Assembly (NCBI GenBank): GCA_030141605.1
Contig: JAQGDQ010001085.1
Span: 241-64,240 of the forward strand
Length of the DNA stretch: 64,000 nucleotides
From: Tubiluchus corallicola
Lineage: Eukaryota; Animalia; Priapulida
Reading direction: 5' to 3'
Position numbers and translations under genes: made by a program
The notes under the pieces: model-generated
What the model was told of the DNA's origin: nothing
The model's input: the letters and a program-made list of their open reading frames with translations, nothing else
Databases searched by the model: none
Shown: piece after piece, positions 1 to 12,700 of the stretch
Layout of the letters: each line of letters opens with the position of its first letter
Position numbering within the stretch: the stretch's first letter is position 1

Positions 1-1313
1 GCCACTACTAAAATTAATAGTGTTGGAGCTGGAACTGGAGAAGCACCACAACTTTAAAAATAAGTAGAGGCAAATTGTAATTCACTGCTTTTTTATGTAA
101 ACGGTGTAATGGTACTATAACACTACATTTAAACTTGATGTTTAATGTCTGCACAGTGAGTTGTGTTTTCATAGTAGTTGCAAACTTCCACAGATCTAGC
201 AAACTGTGTACTTTATAGATGTAATGATCTCAGGAACAGTGAAGCAAGACTCTCTGGTTTTCTTGGACAGCATATTCAGCCCAAAATGAAAAAGAAACTG
301 TTGCTGCTTCCTGAGCAAAACCTTCAGAAATTAATTATATTTTTAAAACAGATAAACATGTTGAATTTTGAGCAGTAGATTATGGAATGACATAAAATAC
401 TAGTGTCACATCAATGAAGAATTTACTATTACGTTTATAATGTATGAATGACCCGCAAGGCTTAGTGTCTGTTTATCAGTAACGGCTCGTAGTTAAAATT
501 ACTGGGGGTGCTGCTTCAGAAAATTTTTATCCATTGTTTTAATACTGTGTAAAACAAAACAAACATATGTAATTTGTAATTGTAATTTTAAACAAACAAA
601 CATATCTTTATTCCTTCTTTATACATAAACTTGATAAAATCCTAAACAAAAAAATATTTTTGCTTACTAATAGCCTAAATTATCTTAGTTCAAGCTTGAT
701 CCATTCATGGTGAGCACGTGACAAAAGGCGTTCAAACTGTGTGAGCGACAGTACTTTCTCTACCTGCACTCAGATATGTGCGCATGGTCGCATGTACAAG
801 AACACGCATTGCTGGAGCACACTGTAGTGGGTTGTGAAGCAAACAGTACTACTCTCATGTGCTCTGGTTCCAAACAAGTATAAAGAAGGAACTAAAGAAA
901 AAAGACTTATTATAAAGAACATCATCGATAATAGCAAGTCAAAATAGGGGGCGCTGCAGTACCCACCATTGCTGTTTATAATCATAAATGAACTGTTTAG
1001 TTAGCATCTTGATACAATTTGTGTTTGTACTTGCCGTTTCTTTAGCTGTCACTTAACTGGCTCTTTTAACGTGCTACCTACATTTTGCAGCATACTGTAT
1101 CAACTATGTTCATAAGTTAGAAGTCAGAAAACAGAAATGTAGTGGCTGTTGTAGTGGTACTACTTTCACACAGTAATTGACCCCGCACTGCATACTGTAT
1201 ATATAGGGATTACACACCTCTCATGTTACAGTTTGTTGATAATTCAACAAAACTGCAACTAGAGATGTATAATTTTTGCTAATTTGAGGTTTAGACTTTA
1301 CTGGTCATTGCAC

Positions 1314-1703
1314 AATAAGCCTTTTCACAGATCTAGCAATTGATGATGATCATGAAAAGTCAAAGGCTAAGTAAACTAGACACATTTATGTACACTTGAC
1401 AATGCCTTGCAGCACAAACTACTGTAGTATTAGTAATGGTTCTAACAGCTAGCTAGAACTTTATCTAGTTCATTTTTTGGTTCAGAAACAAGATCCTGCT
1501 AGTAAATCACTCTATGCGCAGATTAATGCATAATTAAATAAAGCCACATATAACTGAAGTTACTGAACTGATGCAGCAGACGGCTTTGCTTTACACATAT
1601 GTCACATGACAGTTGTAGTTAAGGCCCATTACTGTGGTACACTTAACTTTTGACCTCTAGCAAATGCAGCATGACCAACAATGAAACTATAAAAAGGCTT
1701 ATT
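1314..1703. mobile_element. Non-autonomous TIR element (MITE family, ~390 bp)
   Basis: Ends AATAAGCCTTTTCA ... TAAAAAGGCTTATT are inverted repeats; the interior is the reverse complement of copies at ~16612-16953, 24467-24865, 31983-32390 and 39441-39847. Confidence 0.75.
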
Positions 1704-1735
1704 AAAATTAAATTTTAATAGGAACATAGAAGTAC

Positions 1736-4700
1736 CTGGACGTTTCTTTAAAAACTGCACGAAGATAATGGGCATTCATTAATGCCTTGTTTGATAATGG
1801 AGTTTCTTCGTCTGGTAAAACTGAGCAAATTTCTTTATAGAGCTTTTCTTGAACATCTTGATTCTTAGCAAGATTGTACAACATGAAACTAACACAACTT
1901 GCCGTCTGTAAAGGTAAGTGGAAGGATTTACTTATTTAGCAAACTCCTTACTAGAATGCAATAAAAATCCATTCAGTTTTGCATAGCACGGAGATTGCAG
2001 GTATATTACTGCAGATAATTATTTTTGAATACACTTTCCCACATTTCTGTATTTTAGTTAAAAAATCACCTGGTTCCCAGTTTCCACTGTTTGGAAAATG
2101 ACTGCTATTAAGCAGTTGGTTTAAACAGTATTTTCCTAACATAACTTGAATATACATGTACAACATACATACACTGACTTTATGGAAATAAAAAAAAACG
2201 TTAATAGGACTGGCTAACAGGTTCAGAAGAACCTATTTTAAAGCCTCTCTACAAGCAAGCTATTGAGCAGTTAGGTATTACTTGGTGCAGAAGTGCAGTT
2301 TTTTTGTTTCTCAACTAAGTTTATTTATGCATTTGTTTTGCATTATATCCAGTGAGGTATCTAGGACATCTCAACAAAGTTTCCTGAGTAAAAATATTCA
2401 GAAAGTTTGTTAGCTATTATTTTGCTCTTATTCGGGCACTATTATAGCTTTGTTGTCTAGAGAAATTAATATTTTAATTAATGTGGTGTATCAATTTACA
2501 TTCTGTCTTTAATGATATTAAAGCCATTATTTAGTCACATTCACTAGTTGCTTCCACACAAAGTTTGTCAGTCCCATAGTATTCCTGATACTTGCGCTAC
2601 AGAAAATTTTCTGAAAGTTATTGTTTTACCTGTTTATGCGATAAATATTACCGTTTCTATTCCTGATATCATCAATTCTATAGCAATAAGGCAAGCTTGA
2701 ACTCTATCTAGTCCTTTCGTTTCAAGCAGTGATTCTAAGAATGAATGCACATCTCCCACTTTCTTGCTTTTTGCAGCTTTTTGCATTGACTCAGTTGTTG
2801 CATCAACATAAGTCTGAGCAGTTCTGCAATAATGGATGAATTAGACATCATTCTTTAATAGTGGTAGTTAGTAGAACAATTAAGCAAGTGAAAGCAAGGT
2901 AAAGCAATTTATGATTCAAAATTCACTCTCTTCATAAATAATTTCAAATCTCGCAGGTAATCTTTGAATCTATCTCATCAAACCATTAAAGGAAAGGACA
3001 AGTCACTTAGCAGGTTGGGCTCATTTTACTGTTATTGCTTAAATTTAGAAAAACATAGCAACGAAATTTGCAAAAATAACTGTCTATAAAGTATACAGTT
3101 AATTTACACAGAGATGTTCAGGTGCAGTGGTAGCTGCCATTCACTTGAAAATCGTGATGCATCTGGTGGACTTTGTGACTTTTCGTATGCGTATTGTAAC
3201 TTTGCGTGAGCGTGCGCTGCTTAAAATAATCCAAATTTCTGTTGCCTAATGTTCATGCAAAAATGTGACAAAATTAGCTGTCTGATCGTTTGCAAAAACG
3301 GAAATTATTAATGTGCTGCAATTACTTGTCTCCAAGCGATGATCGACATCATTGGTGGAAGAATGGGCATTCCAAGTGGGAATGCCCAAGCGTAAAATAA
3401 TTGTGACTTTAAAGTGGTTTTACTAATTATATAAGGTGCTTATCACACCTTTGCTACAAAAATCCTGCTTACATGTTTCGCAAACCATGAAATAAGCCTA
3501 GCTTCCTGGGAAGCTTGGCCTTTCCCTTAAAAATAGATACTTTTACTTAATGTCCATCTCCAAAACCTAATGGCCTTCACTGTTACATGCAATTCTGTGC
3601 AAAAGCCCATTATATACTAATTAAGTAGTTAACAGAAGCAAAATATGTCATGAAAAAACAGACCAGTAAAGAAATTGATACAACAACTTAAACACTAATT
3701 ATTGACTTCTGTTCACTACTAAATTAGTGCTTAATAGGCTCTGCCTATATAAACTGGTTGTATGTTTGTAAATTTACCACTGCTGATGACAGCAGCAGCT
3801 AGTCGAAATGTTTGGCATGATTTTAACTTTTAACATTCTAATGCAAATGTTTTTAATAAAGTTGTACTATTCTTAACTATAAATGTTTTCATGTCCCTGC
3901 AATAAAAAATTAACTTATTTGCTTTTTAATTTCAATTTAATTAACTCCATCTAATTCAATATCTGATTTCAGAAGGTTTAGCCTTTATAAAAAACAAATA
4001 AACTTTGTTTAAGTTTAATTTCTTAACTCTGGCACTTATCCTTTTCCATCAAATTTGTTTCTTCGCCTGTACAGAAGCAAGTTTCCATCTTTTACCTGCT
4101 ACAATAGTTGATTACTTCAAGGATAAAAGGTCGCTAGAGTTGGAACATCTACTGCCAAAGTTGCTTTATTGATCATTACGTTACCGATTTTAAATACATG
4201 TATCAAGGGTCATGATCCGCATTTGATTCCTATAGTTTATTTGAAAGACAAGGCCTACAATAACATATATGCACATTGTAATAATCCATACATCATTATT
4301 ACAGTAAGATATATACTTGAATAAGAAATCATGAGTACGAGTGAGCCTTTTCCAAGCTGGAGTAGAGAAGTACTTCCACCATGGAAAACCCATCATAGTT
4401 TCATAAATGGCATGAAAGAACGTACTGGCAGCATCTACAATTTCTTGAGCTGTTTTTTCTGTACCAACATTTGGTTCTATACATCCTAGTCGTGCGTCAA
4501 ACAAGACAATTGCAATAGCTAAAAACGAATAATATAGGATAACTATTAAACACTAAGCACAAAACACACACATTCTAAAAAAAGATTATTATGGCTTCTT
4601 ACGCATTGACAAAACTAGTAAAAATAAAATGACGCACAATTTTATGGGGATTTTTATTATCTGATATTTTTGTCTGATATCTGTACCAGCTAATAAGTTT

Positions 4701-7700
4701 ATCCATTTATACAAGTGAAAAACTGATTTACAATTTCACAGCACCGTAACTTACATTCTAGAGCCCACTTCTGCAACCAGCTATGATAATTGTCTATTTC
4801 TCCATCAGGTCTAAGCAGGGATTCCATTACTCCAACAAAATCCTGTGCAACTTTATCTTGTTGTTCTGAAAATGAAGCACTAATAAGATCTTCACTAGCA
4901 CAATAAGACTATTAAGGCATTAGCATAAAATTAATGTGTATGAATTTCAGAACTGGCACACAGTCGATTTTACAAGGTCCAGACAAGCATCCCAATTAGT
5001 GGTTTCGTGACTCATTAATCAAGTGACCTAATTCAAAGTGAGAAGAACTATCATGTAACGACATTAAAATCATGGAGTAGAATCTTTCCTAACTTGACTA
5101 GTGAACCACCACATAAACACAAACATAGCAAATTAAATTTTGCTGATTTCAAGCACCTCTGCATGGTTATGTAACCTGTATTTCTGTTGCAATTGTGTTA
5201 ATGGACATTTTATAATGACATGCATATCATTATAAAAGTAATTATTAATTTTGATGCTATTAGCAAGAAAATTTAGAAGCAGGAATGAAACCTTTGTACC
5301 TTTACAAACCAAGCCAAGTACTCATATCGTGGAGTGTGACCTTGTGTCTTGGGCAAGAACACGGTTATGTTTCAATTGTGGACTTCTGTCCATTTCACTG
5401 AGGTAATGCTGCTGTTATAGTTAGCTTTTTTGTTTTGTGATTTCACTTTTCAGAATGCAAAATTGAAGAACACAAATTTACCCAAGTAAGGCATTGTTGC
5501 TTCTGGATGTAGCATTACCTTCTGTATTATATTTCTAAGGTTGTGCCACTCTTCTCCTTGTCTGAAAGAAAATGCTCTTTAATCAAACAAAGAACGGCTG
5601 GTCACCCTCTTTATTAACCTCAAAATGTCTATAGGCATATTTTGAAATTTTCAAACACACTTGCGATCGAGGTCGTCCAGAAAAAAAGCCCCTAAACTAA
5701 CTCACATTGGTACCCTAGCCATTATCTTGGTAGAAACATTTGTAAAACAGACCTTCCGCTGTCCAAAGAGGTATACCTTTTCCTCCAAGACCACACCGGC
5801 CCTAGCAAACACGTTTTTTTTCTACAAGGTGTTCCCCTAGGAGCGGCGGGTATAAGAGAGGCTCATACCATTATGTAACCTGGGTTCTCCTCATTCCAAA
5901 GGGCTATGAAAGGTCGCACCAAGCACCACACAAAGCATCCCTAAAGCATCATGCAGCTCAGTTCAAAAAGGTATATATTTCTCTCCCCAAGGCCACACCA
6001 AGTGCTGCTAAAACATTTTTTCTACAAGACGTTTCTTTGGAAATCGTGAGTAAACATTTCCAAAAATGGTTGTTACTCATTGCCAGAACACCGTGTAGAA
6101 AAACGTACAAGGCAGAAATTGGTGTGGGTCTTGGAGAGAAATTTACACCTCTTTGGAATGAAAAGAAACTGGGCCACTAGATGGTGTAGGTTTCTTTTAC
6201 AAATGCTTCTATTAGGATGAAGGACAACCATCGAGTTAAATTTGAAAAACTTTTTCTGGACGACCCTGTATAATAACTTGCATCACAAATGAAGCCACAC
6301 AAGTTATACGTTCACTTACAGATGGCCAATTCCAATGGGCATGTTCTTCGACTTTCGATAAGCAACTACAGGTTCAAATGGAGGACGAAATGGATACCTT
6401 CCTTCTTGACGATACATTGTTTCTATGTCAACTGGATCGAATAAATGCACAATAAACCGTCCTCCTCCAAATCCTTCCTTAACAATTTTGCCGTATTTCC
6501 TGTATTTATCCAGATTTGCCAAGTGAAGTTTTTTAAATTCATAAGGACCTGAAAATTTTTTTTAAGATAAGTTACTTTATCAGTCAGGAAGAAAGTAAGT
6601 CACTTATTATAAAAGTTTGAGAAGGACCTACCACCACCAACTCAGCACATGTTAACTGTGAAAGTATGATGGGCTTCCTGGCTGAGTAGACGAGCCTGAG
6701 TGCTTCATGTAAGTAATGTCCGTCCACCGAGGCTACGATATCCACTCAAAGCAGTATCATTCATAAACCTTAGTTCTTCATCTCGTAGAGGGAGGTTGTA
6801 TATGCATCCGATTGTGGCAAGGGAACATGTGCTGGTTCAGTGGCTCATCTTAACGGGATCTTTATTAATGAGTCAGTCACTACATCATCTTGTTGAGTAG
6901 GACCTGCCATTGCCTAATATGATAATTTCAATCTAGAACAACAAGTACCATTTCATTGAACTCCTCCGACACGTTTGTTCTCACACAGTGTCATTCTTGC
7001 ACCATTGACCAAAATCTGGGCAAATCTTGAGAAACCAAAGAGCTTAATTAGTCTAGACCTTTTATAACTTCAAACCTAGTGCACGTCTTCACTGAACAGC
7101 TTCTCTAGTTCCTGCTTCTCTAAATGTCTGAGTCAATTCAGAGATTACAAGTTTGTCAATTCAATGGTAATATTGTAACAAAAGCACGTTTTCGTCTACT
7201 TCTAGTTCCAACTTTCCTACTCTTGAACTGGTACCCTTCGTATACAGGGCATATTAACCAATAGGCTAACCAGGCTATAGCTTAGGGTGCCAAAGTTTGA
7301 GGGGCGTCACATTCTAGAAAAAAAATCTTATTTTCCTAGGAAAATGTGTATACTTTCATATCATTGCAAAGTGTGCATTTTATAACACACCACAGGCAGT
7401 TATTGAGCGCAGCTTTTATATAAGTGCCACATAACGAATAGGTGCAACGTATTATACAACAAGCAGTTGTGCAGCCCGGTTAAATATAAGTGCTATACAA
7501 ATACATTAATACACCAAAAGTAATTGTTTAAACTGCTCATTACACAAACAATCATAAATTCACAATATAGATGGGAGGGATAGAACTATCAGCCTAAGGC
7601 GTCGTACAGTCTTGATACGCCCTGTTCGTACGGTGTGAGAAGCCAAGGGCTTGGGTTCGCAAAACATTATGTGAGACTAGAGTTCAAATGCTCGACATGA

Positions 7701-8384
7701 CAATGTTTAGCATATCTGCAACAGTGCAGACACAACTGTACTACTAGTTTAGCACATCTGTAACAGTGCAGACAAAACTGTACTAATAAATCTAGCAATC
7801 TAACATTGGAAATACCGAATTCAGTTAACCAGCTGTAAGGCTTGATTACTCCTGCATACGGTGGTCAGTGGTCAAAAACAGCTATCTTGTAAGCAAAAGT
7901 TCCGTAGTTCAAATTCGGGCTGTATTCCAACTTTTGCACAAATTTCAAATTTAATATTTCAAAAAGCTTTACAAACAAATAAAAAATCAAGACGACCTTA
8001 ACTAGCTACATAGCGATACACCCAATAACAGTAAAAACTGCAATTATTATAAAATATAAATCCTGTCAAAATACACCTTATTGGGATATTTTGCTCTCTG
8101 GCCTTTGTGAAGGAACTTACTTTACAATTTAAGCACATGCCTCTACATAATTCATATTTTCAAGACAATAAAGTACTATAAATCTTACCAAATATACTGT
8201 ATTGAAGCAAATTTCCAATCAGAGGCAGTCCTGGAGGACCTGGTATTTCCTCAAATAGCCGAGCTGCAATTTGTGCTTGTTCTTTTCCGGATCCTAAAGT
8301 CTTCATACAGCACTGAACTCTGCTTACAGGCCGAAGTTTTTTCGAGAACAGCTTTGAAAAACGTCGCATGCTTGAATGTGGCAT
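1736..8384 (-). CDS. Cytochrome P450, mitochondrial clan (CYP27/CYP24/CYP49-like); exons 1-7, C-terminal exons continue off the left edge
   Basis: Exons 8384-8189, 6548-6320, 5561-5482, 4865-4755, 4518-4317, 2823-2652 and 1905-1736 all have GT-AG borders and splice in frame (386 codons + 2 nt). Features: basic N-terminal presequence (MPHSSMRRFSKLFSKKLRPVSR), FEEIPGP proline motif, KYGKIVKE...LFDPVDIE..YRQEGRYPFRP, C-helix GEEWHNLR, KWALES..LFDARLGC, I-helix SGIETT, K-helix KETSR. An alternative start ATG lies at 8369. The heme motif is not in the window. Confidence 0.93.
3616..3865 (+). mobile_element. Penelope-like element terminal repeat relic with inverted 5' segment and minimal hammerhead motif
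   Basis: Homologous to 52561-52750 (reverse strand). Contains CCA-CTGCTGA-TGAC...GTC-GAAA-TGTT-TGG at 3777-3815 and a downstream AATAAA; 3616-3636 is an inverted copy of 3708-3730. Confidence 0.6.
3777..3815 (+). ncRNA. Degenerate minimal type I hammerhead ribozyme (Penelope-type)
   Basis: Stem I CCA/TGG, core CTG(C)TGA, stem II GAC/GTC, GAAA, degenerate palindromic stem III; the core is mutated. Confidence 0.55.
5668..6268. mobile_element. Tc1/mariner-type foldback MITE in CYP intron 2
   Basis: TIR (C)GAGGTCGTCCAGAAAAA / TTTTTCTGGACGACCCTG followed by TA; internal inverted blocks, e.g. 5765-5797 versus 6121-6154. Confidence 0.7.
7245..7624. mobile_element. Non-autonomous hAT element in CYP intron 1
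   Basis: TIR CAGGGCATATTAA / TTGATACGCCCTG; flanking 8-mers TTCGTATA / TTCGTACG (6/8 target-site duplication). Confidence 0.65.
7705..7788. repeat. Two-copy ~42-bp direct tandem repeat
   Basis: gtttagcatatctgcaacagtgcagacacaactgtactacta is followed by gtttagcacatctgtaacagtgcagacaaaactgtactaata. Confidence 0.85.
7800..7935 (+). mobile_element. Dispersed repeat containing a tRNA-derived SINE head (second copy 52999-53135)
   Basis: Shared ctaacattggaaat...; A-box-like TGGTCAGTGG, CTTGTAA loop and B-box-like GTTCAAATT. Confidence 0.5.
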
Positions 8385-8949
8385 TGCAAAACAGTATATC
8401 ACACAAATTACATTATTATTCTTACTTCTAATTACTTCTTACTCGTTTCATTCAGCGGGTGTTCCGATGCTCCAGGAAAATGCATTCAAAGTAATCTGAA
8501 GTAAACAGGGTTTGAACAAGAATCTGTACTTACTACAACCGGTTTGAACTCCTGCATTGCGTTTAAACATTAGAGCATTGAGCTCACACAGACTTACAAT
8601 TTTGCACTCACGCTTTCGCAGTTCAAACACTGACGTCTGCTGTAACTGACCAACTATATTTAACACGACCCTGGATGCAACCCGATGACAGCACCCATAT
8701 ACAAATTTTTTGGCGCAAGCAGTGATAATCTAGTGCGCAGCTGCTGTCTGAAACTATAAGGTAGTAGGCAACTAAACGTGAAATTCATTATACAATAGAA
8801 AAACTTGTGTTTTTAAGCTTTAGCGTCAGCATCGAGCGGTTATGTATCTGTTGAAGTTAAAAGACGAACGTTCAGATTTCTTCTGTAACAAAACCATCCT
8901 TATAACAATGCAGCATAATATGAATGAAGTAAAGTTCTACATTAATATA

Positions 8950-9420
8950 TTATTATTATGTAACAAATTCACAACATTTTGTGACTATCATTATGTGACA
9001 ATTTTTGCATCATTATGTAATAAAAAGGCAATTATATAACAATGTAGCAAAATATGATACAAAATTCTGCACTGCATTTATATATATATATATATATATA
9101 TTATGTAACAAATTCACAAAATTGTGTGACAATCGTTATGCAGCAATTTCAGCACCATTATGTAGCATTGCATAACAACTCACTTGTAACCCATGTGATC
9201 AAATTCTTTATTAACGTCCATCATGTATATTGGACATCAATAAACATGCTAGTCATTAATTATAGTTGTGGGTCATCAATTGGGTTACCTTATGCATAAT
9301 TTTTGTTACATAATAACAAAAGTTGTTACATGTGATGACGAATTTTGCTATTGGTATTACAACACGGGCTTATGCAGCATTTTTGTCACATAATGCTACC
9401 GTGTACATAATGACGGGTGC
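8950..9420. repeat. Degenerate foldback repeat in the CYP/NAT-A intergenic region
   Basis: Repeated ATTATGTAACAAA motifs on the left (8955, 9100) and reverse-complement TTGTTACATAAT / TTGTCACATAAT / GTACATAATG motifs on the right; contains a (TA)n tract. Confidence 0.55.
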
Positions 9421-9767
9421 ATGTTAATGAATGAAAATTAATGTGACAATAAGACGCTTTTTATAAATATCATATAAATTGTGTAATATTACTGCTAATC
9501 TAGATCCTATAATAAATTCAGGTGTTCGGCACATCTACGTAGATAAGCTAGATGGCGTTTCAGCTGATGAGTATCGGCCTGAATGCGTTTACGCTTACAC
9601 GTGGAGTTTGATCGATGTGCCGTTAACGGTGTTTTATATGTACAGCGTACTCGATTATGAATCTGGCAGTAGCTTTTTAAACAGCCAGTCAAAAACCTTT
9701 TATGCGTTTATTATGTCGTTTCCTTGGCTTGCGTGAACTTCGTAAGTCGCCATTTTCACTTGAGAGA

Positions 9768-12700
9768 ATGATCAACTTTCGGTAAGTAATTTCGCAATTT
9801 GGAAGCAATTCATTTGGCACGAAAGAGGCCTGTACCTTGTGTATAGGTTCTCAGTACATGAACGTTTGCAATTTGAGAATTTCGTTGTTTGGGACTTACT
9901 GGTACTCGTTAGACTATAACTCTATAGGCGTTAGTTTATAAACAGCTATATTGCATCTAAAAGTTTGAAATTCTTTAGGTTTGCCTACCTAGTCGAGATT
10001 AATTTTAACAGATGCTTTCGTAGACCCTTTTTTGTTGGCAGCATTTAGTAAATCTATCTGGAGTCCAGGAAACCAAAAACGGGCAAAAACCATGTAACTT
10101 TTTCTTATAATAATTTTGCATTTTCATGTTTTTCTACAATATAGGTCCATTATAGGATTTTATATATTTACTGTCAAGAATATAGACCATTTAAAACAGT
10201 ATGCTATTATGAAATTTATGAAGTTTATTAATTTTTTCATCCATTTGTAAATTATGCCGCATGTTGTTTTAGTTATGCATATAATAATAATAATATTCAT
10301 GTTATTTTTGGTAGGAGAGCCACAAAAGACGATTATGAAGGCGTCTATAGCATTAATAAGAACATTTATGATGGGGCAGATCCTTTGTCCTCGCGTGAAA
10401 CATTCGAATTCCTGTTGAGTCGACCGTACAATGTTGGATGTGTGGCAGAAGTAGATGGAAAACCTGTAAGTTCAATGCTAGTAGATGATAGAAAGCTTAT
10501 GTGCTTTCAGCCTACAAGCTGTACATGTATATAAAAGTTCTAGGAATCTCGGATCTACATTTTGGAGACTCGGAAATGTGAACTATTGTGGGAGAAGTAT
10601 GCATCATTAACTTTCACATATGAACAGGAGCAATGCTTCATATTATGAAAAACACATTGTTGCTTTGAATAACACCTTCTTTTCTCCAGAATGAACCTGG
10701 ACTTTTGCATTATGACATCACGTAAAAATAATTCTTCTCACCATATAGCTTAGTTCTACCTTCCAATAGTGAAAATCGGCCTATTTCTATTACACTGTTT
10801 CTTTTGACACATGTAATTAGTGAGAATTGTAATTGTTAATTGTTGTAATTTTGTACAGGTGCAGTATGGATGTCAAGACTTACCGTATATACTCGCATAT
10901 AAGCCGAATTTAGAACTATAAAATACAATACTGAAATCAGGGGGTCGGCTTATATGCGCATGAAACAAAATGAACACAAGGACAGACACTAATGCCAATT
11001 TTCCAGCCACACATTTTCATCGCTATCTGACTCTTTATTTGGTTGTGTGTCACCCAATGTATAATTTCTTCTAGTATGTAACATAAAAGTAAGCATTTTA
11101 CATCTTTATAGTAAAAGATTTCTATGAACCAAAAATACCCAATTAACAAAATGTGACAAAAAGGGATCAATTTTGTTGATTGGGTATGGAGTAAAATTAG
11201 ACAAGTTGATGGTCGGCTTATATACTGGTTTTTGCAAAAACTGGCCATTTTAAAGCACTTTTAGGGGGTCGGCTTATATGCGATGTAGGCTTATATGCGA
11301 GTATATACGGTAGTCCTTCAATAAAACATGGCAAAGGCCATGGTGACTCCGTATAATCTCATATTTTCAACACCTATGATGAAAATATGCTTATTTATTT
11401 ATCATTTATTAAGCACAAAAATAAATGTATACATCTTATAAATGAGCAAAAGAAAACAGTAAAATTATATGTTCATGACCAATGAAAATGTTGTGCTTAT
11501 CACTGTGTGCCATGGACGACAGCAAGGAGAAAATCATCAAATAGATCACAGCCTTTCATCCATTGTAGTATAATACTAAAACATTATCATTGGAGGCAGT
11601 GGGTTTTCTATAGTTGCTATTCAACATGCAAACTCTTTTATGTCGGCTAATGTTCGATCCAGGCAGGTTTGAAATTGGTCGCAACACGCATGCGCACCTT
11701 TAAAAGCCTCATCATGTCTTTCTCTCTCTGGAAAACTGCTACGGTGCTACAAGAGTTACCTTCCCCCCTCTCTTTTTCTCTCTCAGGCACTGCTACACTG
11801 CTTTGTAGCACTGTAGCAGTGTCACACTCATTGTAGCGATAAAGCGAGGACAGAGAAGGAGAGAGGGGAGAGAAAGAGAGAGAATAATAGTACATACATA
11901 GCATGGGTTTTAAAGAAAGAAAGGCCCTAATTTCAAACCTGCCTGGATGAAAGAGTTTTGCATGTTGAATAGCAACTATAGAAACAGCTGTTTTCTGCAA
12001 TCATTTACCATCTTGCCAGTATAACATGTAGATGTTATATGTAACAGGAATCCTAATTATTGTAAATTTATTTTTTTAGATCTCTTTTGGTATGATTTCG
12101 ACTATTGATGATGGCAAAGCTATTTTTTGGCGGTTTGGGCGAGTAAAACCGGAGTATCAGAATCGAGGTCTCAGTCAGGCAACCGGCTACCATATTCTCA
12201 AAACAGTTCAACCTTGGGAACATGGTATATCAGAGCAATACTTTATGAATGGGTCTCCTCAAGGACCTGTTCCAGTTCCAAGAAGGGGTACCACGTGTAT
12301 AGCAAAAAAGGTAAACTTTAGAAAAAGTAGTGAGTACAATTCTTCTCTAAAAGTAGTTCTAATAATTATTATTTTGTCATTCCCTATAAAACGTAAATAT
12401 GACAAATCTAAATCCATAATCTTTTGCTTATTTCGTGACAAAACATAAATGCGAATTATTCCTACTAGTTAAAAAATCAGCAGAAATCTAATAGTAACCA
12501 AAAGCGAGAGAGCCAATGTCGGCATTTAAGTAGCCGTATTCAATTTCAGAACAAAAACTATCAATTTTACATCATTTTGATTCACAACAGTATGCACCTT
12601 GATAAAATAACAAAATGCAGTAAACTCAATGGCGGACTGGCCCAACAGGATACCAGAAAATTTCCCAGTGAACACCAAAGTGATGGAGCATCACTTTAGA

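Noticed and set aside
1-1735. Remaining CYP exons (PERF and FxxGxRxCxG heme motif)
   Set aside because: Not found by eye on the minus strand here; presumed beyond the window edge, so the CYP is not called truncated.
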